Assembly: GCF_001194135.2 (NCBI RefSeq)
Contig: NC_069002.1
Span: forward strand, 7,677,458-7,722,705
Direction of reading: 5' to 3'
DNA: 45,248 nt
Origin: Octopus bimaculoides
Taxonomy: Eukaryota
This document shows, in pieces, positions 1 to 10,612 of the stretch; within the stretch, counting starts at the first letter, position 1; each line of letters starts with the position of its first letter. Below the pieces are notes generated by a model that was not told the DNA's origin, did no database searches, and saw only the letters and a program-made list of their open reading frames with translations. The position numbers and the translations under genes were made by a program.

Positions 1-146
1 ATATATGCGCATGAGTGTGTGTGTGTGTTATTTAAATATATTTGCATGTACATTTAAATGTATTCAAATCTATATTAATTTAAAATCAATATAGAAAATA
101 TAAATATATATCCATCAGTATCTATCTATCTATCTATATACATATT

Positions 147-199
<53 letters not shown>

Positions 200-825
200 T
201 TGTGTGTTTCTGAGTGCACATATTTAAATATATGATATTGTAATATTTTATATTATATTTGCGCACGTGTTTGTCTCTACTTAGGTGTTAGTGTATGTGT
301 GTATGTGTGTATGCATATGAGAAAAAATGTTTGTTCTTTTATTATTCAGATATTATTCCGATACATACGTACAATATTATTTTCTAAACCAAACGAAATA
401 CCTACAAACATTTAAATAAAGAACGGATTTAAGAAATACACAAAGACATGCTCAATCGTAGCTGACTGCAAGTGAACGGCGAATAATATGCATTCTCACT
501 AGACCTGTCCCAACTAATTTTCACTGCTTACTTCAATTTGGAAACCAAGTGTATGTTGAAGGTGCTTTTCGATACGACTTCTACCTATTCCACCCCTCTC
601 TTTCTCTCTCTGTCTATCCCTCTGTCTTTCTCTGTCTCCGTCTCTCTCTTTGACTCTATCTCTCATCTTTTTTCCCCTCTACCTTTCACTCTCTCACTAT
701 CTCACTCTCTTTGTTCCCCACTTTTTTTTACCGCCAACAAAATATATCTTCCTTCCATTCTTTCTTTCTTTCTTTTCTTTATTTCTTTCTTCATTTATTT
801 CTTTCTTTTTCTCCTCCTCTGCCTC

Positions 826-1036
826 CGAGCGGGTAGATTCGTTAACACGCCGGAGCGAAATGCTTCGCAGCATTTTGTCCGCCTTTACGTTCTGAGCTCA
901 AATTCCGGCGAGATCGACATTGCCTTTTATCTTTTCTGGGTCGATAAAATAAGTACCAGTTTAATACTGGGGTCGATGTATTCGACTCATCCCCTCCCTG
1001 ACATCGCTGACCTTGTGTCAGAATTTGAAACTATTA
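826..1036 (+). mobile_element. tRNA-derived SINE, family A (diverged full-length copy)
   Basis: Matches the other in-window copies: head ..GTTAACACGCCGG..AAATGCTT, B-box-like GAGCTCAAATTCC, core GTCGATAAAATAAGTACCAG..CTGGGGTCGATGTATTCGAC, tail CCTTGTGTCAGAATTTGAAAC. Confidence 0.85.
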
Positions 1037-1616
1037 TATAAGTTTTCTGTTATCCTCCTTCTGTCTGTATTACATCCATACGTATATATCTATACACATA
1101 TATAAACTTACACATCTGTATATTTCTTAACGTATCACGTTAGTTCACACCAAATACCAACGATATATGCCGCAGAAACTTTTGTTCGCACATATAGTAC
1201 AAATTATACACAACGCAACTCTCCAAACAAGCACACATCTATACAACCGTATACTACAGCACCGATTACACATACACACACATACACGCGTGCACGTGAA
1301 GACACATGCGTAGACACACAAGCAGACACACGCACACCATGAAATGCACGCAGACACAGAAATGAATCTAAAATACATAGAAACAAATACAAGGACAAAC
1401 ACACACAAAAAAAAATGTACGAAACAGATTTAAATACAAACACAAAAAATATACGTTTACGTAAACAAAACGTACAAAAACATCTACAAACACAAACACA
1501 CGCTACTACATTGCATAGACGCTTCTATCCGACCACCACTGGCACCACTGGCATCTCCAAACCACCCAAATACACCAACGTGGTAGAAGCGCAAACGTAC
1601 ACATGGTTGAATACAA

Positions 1617-1617
<1 letters not shown>

Positions 1618-1699
<82 letters not shown>

Positions 1700-1717
1700 T
1701 TACTAACACATACACAC

Positions 1718-1775
<58 letters not shown>

Positions 1776-1778
1776 ATA
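1618..1778. repeat. (TATC)n tetranucleotide microsatellite (similar tracts at 4107-4225, 13290-13415, 42300-42340, 43345-43399)
   Basis: Direct reading of the sequence. Confidence 0.95.
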
Positions 1779-2371
1779 NNNNNNNNNNNNNNNNNNNNNN
1801 NNNNNNNNNNNNNNNNNNNNNNNNNNNNNNNNNNNNNNNNNNNNNNNNNNNNNNNNNNNNNNNNNNNNNNNNNNNNNNNNNNNNNNNNNNNNNNNNNNNN
1901 NNNNNNNNNNNNNNNNNNNNNNNNNNNNNNNNNNNNNNNNNNNNNNNNNNNNNNNNNNNNNNNNNNNNNNNNTATATATATCGGCGTATGTTCCCAATCA
2001 AGGCTGACATAGAATGAACGTCAACAGAAAGGAGGGAAAAAAAATCATTTTTAATAAAATAATGACAAATGACAAATGTGGAAGTAAGTAAAACGGTAAG
2101 TCTAGCTAAAGATTGGAAACAAGGAATGAGTTTCATGCTAGAAAAGAGAAATATATGTTATGTGGTGTGAGGGAAGATGATAAAAAAATTGAAATTGAGG
2201 AGAAAAAATGGTGAATTCTCTGGTAGCATCACTGAAGAAATATCTATTCATGCACATTGGTACCTGTGCGAGGTTTCGTTTTTTTCATTTCTGTTTTTGT
2301 ATATATATAAAAACACAAACATTGTTTATCATTGTAGAGCGCTTTATACTTTAATACCTACCTACCTACCA

Positions 2372-2417
<46 letters not shown>

Positions 2418-2582
2418 GTATGTATATACATATATATATATACATATATATATATATATCCATATATGCATGAATATATGTGCTTATAAACGTATGTGCG
2501 AGTTCGTATCTATGTTGATAATATATGATATATATACACATGCACACGCACGTATGAACATGTGTGTGTGTGCGTGTTCTTG

Positions 2583-2613
<31 letters not shown>

Positions 2614-2917
2614 GTGTGTGTGTATGTGTGTGTGTGTGTGTTTATGTGGTGTGTAGACATTACTGAATAGTTCCAGAAGCATAGTGAAATATATTAATTT
2701 ATGTGCATTAGATGTTTATTTATATATTTGGTTAATTCTGAAGAGATCAACAATAATTGGAACTGATTTCCTGTAAAGTAATCTACAAATAAATATATAA
2801 TTGAAATATATATTTACGATGGGTGTATACATACATACATACATACATACATACATACATACACATATATGTATATATATATGTATATATATATATATAT
2901 ATTATTTTATTCTATTA

Positions 2918-3236
2918 TTTTACTTGTTTCAGTTATTTGACTGCTGCCATTCTGGGGCACCGCCTTTAGTCGAACAAATCAATCCCAGGACTTATTCTTT
3001 GTAAGCCTAGTACTTATGCTATCGGTCTCTTTTGCTGAGCCGTTCAGTTACGGGGACGTAAACACACCAGCATCGTTTGTCAAGTGACGGTGGAGGGACA
3101 AACACAGACACAGACACAGACACATACACAGACACACACATTTGTTTGTTTGTTTGTGGGGGGTGAGGGCTGTATGTGTGTGTGTAAACAAGCACGTACA
3201 CATATTAATATACAGACCGACGGAAAGTCTGTTTCG
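2918..3236 (-). mobile_element. SINE family B, 3' two-thirds with internal (CA)n/(GT)n
   Basis: Plus strand TTTTACTTGTTTCAG..GGGGCACCGCCTTTAGTCGAACAAATC..GGACTTATTCTTTGTAAGCCTAGTACTTA..GTTACGGGGACGTAAACACACCAGCATCG, collinear with the 14108-14662 copy. Confidence 0.9.
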
Positions 3237-4124
3237 AGGCATTTATTTGCTCTATATCTGAGTTTACATTCCGAAGATAGAAATGTTATCGTTTCTTCGG
3301 ACAATTACGGAATGGGCTAAGGTGGAACATGACGAACAGCGGCACCGTGAAATCTCTGCATTCGACCAGACTGTCCATGGTCAAAACACATGCGTGACTG
3401 TGACGTAGATGTCTCAAACACCAAACACTGCGGTGAGGGGCAAGTGTGGGTCTTGTCCCACACTCGTAAAACATTAGCATATGCACCCAGGGTGCCAGAA
3501 AGTTTGAACGAGTTCTCAGCGACAGCGAATATCCGACGACAAATATACACTTACCCACACACAGCCCCATATATATGTGTGTGTGTATGTGTGTATAAAT
3601 ATATATATATATATACATATACATATACACACATATATACATATATATATATTTGTTTGTATACATATATGTATACAAACATACATATATTTGCATATGT
3701 GTATGTGTGTGTGTGTGTATGTGTGTGTGTGGTATAAGTTTATGTGTATTTGTAATCATGTTTGCATATGTTTTGTGGTGAACATAATAGCTGTTAGATT
3801 CTATTAGCTGTTATCAGTTGTTGGCTTATCAGATAATGGTCATATAGTTTGTGTGTGCTTTGCGTATGTATGAGCGAGTGTGTGTGTGTGAGCGAGTGTA
3901 CATTTGTGTGTATTTCTCTGTGTGTTTCTGTGTAATCTATATCTGCCTGCATGTATATAGGTTAATCATGTAAAGAGGAGACAGCGAGATTGTCTTGAGT
4001 TGATTAAATCGGCGGGAAATCATTCGTTGACGTCAGACGGTCACCCTGCTACATAGTAACTCTCTTACTTTTCTGCCTCCTGTCTATCATCATTCTCTCT
4101 TCCTATTTAGTCCATATCATCCAC

Positions 4125-4218
<94 letters not shown>

Positions 4219-4603
4219 CTATCCCTATGACTCTTATCAACTGATCCATCTACTAATCTAACCAGCTATTTTTCACTTATTACCCCAAACTCAACAGGGA
4301 TACGGAACTTCTATATGTGTGTGTGTGTATGTATGTATATGTATGAATATACATATATATACGTATATTATGTATAGATGTTTGTACCTATAGATGTATG
4401 TGTCCTCATATATGCGTGTGTGTGTGTTGTGTTGTGTATTTTTTTGGACACATGGATAATTACATGTCTTTAATTCAGTTTACAAAATATAAAATGCCGA
4501 TATATATGCATATATAATTTAAATCTCGTAAAGTAAGGGAGAACGAAACAACGAGTAAAGAGAGAGAGAAAGAAGAGAGAGGGTGAGATAGAGACAGACA
4601 GAC

Positions 4604-4639
<36 letters not shown>

Positions 4640-4649
4640 NNNNNNNNNN

Positions 4650-4698
<49 letters not shown>

Positions 4699-5129
4699 TT
4701 AAACTATAAGTGTTAAGGACAGAGAAAACGAAACAAGCTAGAGAAATTTTGATGAAAAATATTAATAATATCGGTTATTTTTAATTATTTCCTTAATCAT
4801 ACAAGCAACAGCAAAAGCATTCAGCAGTCTTTCAGAAATGTGGTAGTTGGAAAGATGTCTTTAAACTAACCTAATCCTAAAATATAAAAAAAGCACTCCG
4901 ATGAAATCAACCAGAGTTCGAAACGCTGTGTCCACGATTGTATAGTTCTCTCATAAGACGCTTCTTTTCAGAACAAGTTAAATCAGTGAGAAACATACGT
5001 TGACGTTTAAAAGTTATCCCTTTAGCGTTGTTGGTTATTATTATCAAGATTTTGATTTCTTTCTTTGTCCAAGACAGGAATGTCAATACATTAGGTATTT
5101 AGCGTATACGACAGAGTGTACGCCATCTT

Positions 5130-5447
5130 GTGGACATGCTGGAGCAGCGCCTTTTGTCGGAAAAATCGACCTCAAGACTTATTCTTTGTAAGCCAAGTAT
5201 TTATTGTATCAGTCTTCTTTGCCAAACCACTAAGTTACAGCGACGCAAACACACCAACATCGGTTGCCAGGTGATGGTGGGGTAACAAACACACGCACAC
5301 ACAGACACGGACCGTCCACCACATCCATTCACAAGGCTTTGTCAGCCCGAGGCTATAATAGTAGACACGTTCCTAAATTGCCACGGAGTGGGACTGAAAC
5401 CGGAACTATGTGGTTGGGAAGCAAGCGTCTTACCACATAGCCACTCC
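5130..5447 (-). mobile_element. SINE family B, near full-length diverged copy
   Basis: Contains tail, core and tRNA-like head (plus strand GTGGGACTGAAACCGGAACTATGTGGTTGGGAAGCAAGCGTCTTACCACATAGCCAC). Confidence 0.9.
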
Positions 5448-6735
5448 TATATATAGATATATAATCGTCTGGTATGTTGATTTTTGTTCATTTTTATGTG
5501 TCTTGACTGTGCCTGCACTGACGATTAAAAAGTGCATTTTGTGCACTAATTATGAAATCATGTGATCTGCGGCTGAATCTGTTTTTAAGCAGCTCGCTTC
5601 AAGAGTTGCCTTGCCTCGCGTTCAGTACACTATATTCATTGTGGTAGTTTTGACTTTAAGAGTCCCTCATAGCGTGAGGCATTTATGTATAGTAATGCCC
5701 TCAATACAAATATAATATAAATATATAAAGAGAGTGGCTCATGGAATAGGAGGGACAGATAAAAGTTCAATTGGTTAATTTAGGAACCAGCTCCAGCCCC
5801 CTTCTTCTTAGCCAGTAATACCACCATCACTACAATCACCGCAGCTGCTGTCCCCGCTGCCATCGCTCTCAAGTGTTAAACTTATCCATCATCACCTTAT
5901 CAGTTCATTATATCCCAGCATCCACTGCTGCCTCTCTCTCAATCTCTCTCATTTTTAGTCCAAATCTTCAGCAACTTCAATCGCACGTGCCATCATGTCC
6001 CCGCCCTCACTGGCAACAACTATCCCCCTACCACCCCACCCCCACCACCACATTCTTTCTACGGATTAGGATTCATGCCGGGAAATCATTTTCCACGCGT
6101 CCGATGTTTTGTCCCCCACCACGTCTCCTTCCCACGATCTCCCGCCACTGTTTCTCTTTTCTTAGAAATTCTCTTTACTGTTGATCCTGTATCAATACAT
6201 TTTNNNNNNNNNNNNNNNNNNNNNNNNNNNNNNNNNNNNNNNNNNNNNNNNNNNNNNNNNNNNNNNNNNNNNNNNNNNNNNNNNNNNNNNNNNNNNNNNN
6301 NNNNNNNNNNNNNNNNNNNNNNNNNNNNNNNNNNNNNNNNNNNNNNNNNNNNNNNNNNNNNNNNNNNNNNNNNNNNNNNNNNNNNNNNNNNNNNNNNNNN
6401 NNNNNNNNNNNNNNNNNNNNNNNNNNNNNNNNNNNNNNNNNNNNNNNNNNNNNNNNNNNNNNNNNNNNNNNNNNNNNNNNNNNNNNNNNNNNNNNNNNNN
6501 NNNNNNNNNNNNNNNNNNNNNNNNNNNNNNNNNNNNNNNNNNNNNNNNNNNNNNNNNNNNNNNNNNNNNNNNNNNNNNNNNNNNNNNNNNNNNNNNNNNN
6601 NNNNNNNNNNNNNNNNNNNNNNNNNNNNNNNNNNNNNNNNNNNNNNNNNNNNNNNNNNNNNNNNNNNNNNNNNNNNNNNNNNNNNNNNNNNNNNNNNNNN
6701 NNNNNNNNNNNNNNNNNNNNNNNNNNNNNNNNNNN

Positions 6736-6890
6736 GGTGGTGTAGACAACAAACAGATGTATTAGTTTAACGCTCGGGAAGTGAAAAAGTCTTTAACGTT
6801 TCGAGCCTACGCTCTTCCACAGAAAGGATCACTGAAAGAAACAAGGAGTGAAAGTAAAGAATGTGTAGTGGCTAGTGATCTATCATGGCG
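6736..6890 (-). mobile_element. Probable Penelope-like element terminal-repeat fragment
   Basis: Non-microsatellite segment carrying a minimal hammerhead-like motif of the type known from Penelope-like elements. No RT or GIY-YIG ORF is visible; the left side runs into an N-gap. Confidence 0.5.
6791..6826 (-). ncRNA. Minimal type-I hammerhead-ribozyme-like motif with variant core (CUGUGGA)
   Basis: Minus strand CTTT-CTGTGGA-A-GAGC-GTAG-GCTC-GAA-ACGT-T-AAAG: helix I CUUU/AAAG, helix II GAGC/GCUC, GAAA core, palindromic ACGU helix III. Confidence 0.55.
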
Positions 6891-7811
6891 ATTTATCACG
6901 CATACATATATAGTGTGTGTATGTGTGTGTGTATGTGTGTGTGTATGTATGTCTGTATGTGTGTTTTTGTATGCATGTATCTTGAATGTATGCGTGTGTG
7001 TGCATGCATACATCTATGTGTGTGCGAGAGAGAAACAGAGTGAGTGATTGTGAGTGCGTGTATGTCGGGGTGTATGAATGTGTGTGATTGTGTAGTAGTG
7101 GTGGTGGTGATGATGATGATGGTGGTGGTGGTGGTGGTGGTGGTGCGTGTGTGTGTTTTATAAAAGGGATTAGAAATTCCCATTCAGGGATTTGACCTCA
7201 CGCAGTGAAGATAAGGCGATGAGACTTTCAAAAACAAATGAGGACGATGAGTAGACGCCGCCCCCTTTATTCTTAAAACATACCATCACGCTGCCGCCGC
7301 CCCCACCAGTGATATACATCATAATATTTTGTATATATAGATACGTCATTATAGATATATGTGTGTGTGGTTGTGTGTGCAAGCATGCGTGTGTGTGTGT
7401 GGGGGGGGGGTGAGTGCTTAGATATAAATACTTATATGCACATACATATATATAGTCTTCAATAAACATGCATAGAACTTGTACACACACAAAGAAACAC
7501 ATAGATATATCCGTATATTCATATATATATATATACATATATACTTAGGTATATATACATATATATAACTATATATATGTGTGTATATGTATCTATATAT
7601 ATATATATATATATATNNNNNNNNNNNNNNNNNNNNNNNNNNNNNNNNNNNNNNNNNNNNNNNNNNNNNNNNNNNNNNNNNNNNNNNNNNNNNNNNNNNN
7701 NNNNNNNNNNNNNNNNNNNNNNNNNNNNNNNNNNNNNNNNNNNNNNNNNNNNNNNNNNNNNNNNNNNNNNNNNNNNNNNNNNNNNNNNNNNNNNNNNNNN
7801 NNNNNNNNNNN

Positions 7812-7848
<37 letters not shown>

Positions 7849-8416
7849 ATATATAAATATATATTGGCATACATTCATATGTATATATACACATATATAT
7901 AAGCATATAATATATATATATATATATATATGATATAGATATGTATTAGCACACATTTGTATGCATATCTAAAAGTACTTGTATACACCAATAAGTGCTT
8001 ATGTGTGTGTCTGTGTGTGTGTCTGAATGAATGTGTGTGTGTATATATACACGCGTTTATACATAGATGCATGTATATTCTTTTATTTGCTTGTATATAT
8101 ATATATAGTATATATTTTGCACACTCATACACGCATACACACATATGTACACTGTCTTTCTTCCACTCTCTCTCTCTCACACACACAGACACACACGCAT
8201 TGACACACACTCACATTCCGTAGCTTACATATATACATACTATAGGTTCGTTAATAACGCTACTGTCTGTTCTGTCGTTTTGAGGCTTCGAGATCAACCT
8301 AATAGATAAAAAAAATACCAATATATATAAACAAATAAATAAATAACAATAATAAATAAACAATTTCAGATTAAAAATATTAAACATCAACAAATGGAAC
8401 AAACACTCACAAAAGC

Positions 8417-8447
<31 letters not shown>

Positions 8448-8842
8448 TATACGTAAATACATAATTGTTTTTAGTTCAACTATTGACATGTCAACAACAG
8501 AACAGAGCCATTGCTCATGTAATTCCCTTTAGCGAAACAACAGACGTGATAAAGCAAACCTTGGTGAAATATTTTGAAAAACTCTTGATGTTAAAACAAA
8601 TAGCATACTCTATGAGAGAGAGAGAGAGAGAGAGAGGAAAAAGAGTGTGAGGAATGAATGAGAGAGAAGGAGGGAGAGAGAGGTTGCGAGAGGTTGAGAG
8701 AGAGAAAGAGGGGTTTTATGGCTATGTAGATAAGATTTTTCTAGTGCTATAGTGCTATGGTTTGACAACGTGTAGAGGTTTGGGTTCAATCTTAGATGAG
8801 TCCATTCGAATGCACCGCTATATTTTTTCTGCTCTGTATATG

Positions 8843-8985
8843 TACTCTTTACTCTTTTACTCTTTTACTTGTTTCAGTCATTTAACTGCGGCCATGCTGG
8901 GGCACCGCCTTTAGTTGAGCGAATCGACCCCAGGACTTATTCTTTGTAAACCTAGTACTTATTCTATCGGTTTCTTTTCCCGAAC
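8843..8985 (-). mobile_element. SINE family B 3' part with (TAAAAGAG)n tail
   Basis: TACTCTTTTACTCTTTTACTTGTTTCAGTCATTTAACTGCGGCCATGCTGGGGCACCGCC..GACCCCAGGACTTATTCTTTGTAAACCTAGTAC. Confidence 0.9.
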
Positions 8986-8996
8986 AACAAGTATTG

Positions 8997-9162
8997 AGTC
9001 GATTATATCGACCCCAGTGCTTAACTGATACTTAATTTATCGACCCCGAAAGGATGAAACGCAAAGTCGACCTCGGCTGAATTTGAACTCAGAACGTAAC
9101 GGCAGACGAAATACCGCTAAGCATTTCGCTCGGCGTGCTAACGATTTTTCCAGCTCACCGCC
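8997..9162 (-). mobile_element. SINE family A (head plus core; well conserved)
   Basis: ATCGACCCCGAAAGGATGAAACGCAAAGTCGACCTCGGCTGAATTTGAACTCAGAACGTAACGGCAGACGAAATACCGCTAAGCATTTCG..CCAGCTCACCGCC. Confidence 0.92.
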
Positions 9163-9183
9163 TTTAAGCATATTTTATAATCA

Positions 9184-9400
9184 TTTCTAGTATCGGCATA
9201 AGGCGTGAAACTTTGGGCGAGGTGGCTAGTCTATTTCATCGACTCCAGTGCTCAACTGGTATTTATTTTATCGACTTCGGAATAGATGGATGGCAAAGTC
9301 GAACCCGGTGGAGATTCGAACTCAGAACGTAAAACCGGAAAAAATATCGCTAAGTATTTTTTCCCCCGATGTATTAACGATTCTATTCTCCCAGTTCATC
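9184..9400 (-). mobile_element. SINE family A, old diverged copy
   Basis: Degenerate match to the core (CATCGACTCCAGTGCTCAACTGGTATTTATTTTATCGAC..GGCAAAGTCGA..GAACTCAGAACGTAA). Confidence 0.8.
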
Positions 9401-9837
9401 GTCTGTTCACGTTTAAATAAAATATTATAATAACAAAGTAAATGAGGCGAAACACATTATATATTTAATTTGTATAGTATGCTAAGTTAAGCAAAAATGT
9501 ATCAGTTGAAAATCTAGTTGCTATTACAAGAAACACATTATAAAACGAAGAATATGTTTGCGTGAGTTTGCAAGAAGATATTTTATTAATAGAAAAACAC
9601 TTATCAGATTTTGGGTTGAAAAAAAGAAATAAAAGAGGCGATAACATGTAATGTTACTGATATGAAGAAAGACTAGATTAGATAGAAAACATTTCATAAA
9701 TGTATGACAAGACAAACATCGTTGAATTTTGGCAGCGAACACTTAAAACACATTACTGACTTGGAACTCAAAATGATAAGAAGAATTAGCATTTTTTTTC
9801 TCCTTCTAATGGAGGAAGGTCAATGCTCATAATCATG

Positions 9838-10006
9838 TAGGCATTGGCACGTATGTTTGGCTAAGAAACTCACTTTGTAACTAGCAGATATCAGGTTCAG
9901 TCCCACTGCATGGCACCTTGGACGAGTGGGTTTTGCAATAGCTCCAGGTCGACCAATGACATGTGAGTAAATTTTGATCACAGAAATTGTGTGGAATCCC
10001 GTTGTA
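9838..10006 (+). mobile_element. SINE family B 5' head (diverged)
   Basis: GGTTCAGTCCCACTGCATGGCACCTTGGACGAGTG..ATAGCTCCAGGTCGACCAA..TGTGAGT.. followed by (CA)(TA)n. Confidence 0.8.
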
Positions 10007-10447
10007 CACACACAAACATATATATATATATATATATANNNNNNNNNNNNNNNNNNNNNNNNNNNNNNNNNNNNNNNNNNNNNNNNNNNNNNNNNNNNNN
10101 NNNNNNNNNNNNNNNNNNNNNNNNNNNNNNNNNNNNNNNNNNNNNNNNNNNNNNNNNNNNNNNNNNNNNNNNNNNNNNNNNNNNNNNNNNNNNNNNNNNN
10201 NNNNNNNNNNNNNNNNNNNNNNNNNNNNNNNNNNNNNNNNNNNNNNNNNNNNNNNNNNNNNNNNNNNNNNNNNNNNNNNNNNNNNNNNNNNNNNNNNNNN
10301 NNNNNNNNNNNNNNNNNNNNNNNNNNNNNNNNNNNNNNNNNNNNNNNNNNNNNNNNNNNNNNNNNNNNNNNNNNNNNNNNNNNNNNNNNNNNNNNNNNNN
10401 NNNNNNNNNNNNNNNNNNNNNATATATATATATATATATATATATAT

Positions 10448-10612
10448 ACGACGGCCTTCATACAGTTTCCGTCTACCAAATCCACTCACAACACTTTGGT
10501 CGGCCCGAGGCTATAGTAGAAGACACTTACCCAAGGTACTATGCTGTAGGACTGAACCCAAAACCATCTGGATGGGAAGCAAGCTTCTTACCACACAGCT
10601 ATGCCTGCGCCT
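10448..10612 (-). mobile_element. SINE family B 5' head
   Basis: CAGTTTCCGTCTACCAAATCCACTCACAACACTTTGGTCGGCCCGAGGCTATAGTAGAAGACACTT..GGAAGCAAGCTTCTTACCACACAGC. Confidence 0.92.

Noticed and set aside
1520-1591. 10-bp inverted repeat CGCTTCTATC / GGTAGAAGCG
   Set aside because: Short stem with one wobble and a long loop; expected by chance in 45 kb.
4028-4035. CRE palindrome TGACGTCA
   Set aside because: A single 8-mer; it also occurs inside the maT-like fragment near 31700; no promoter context.
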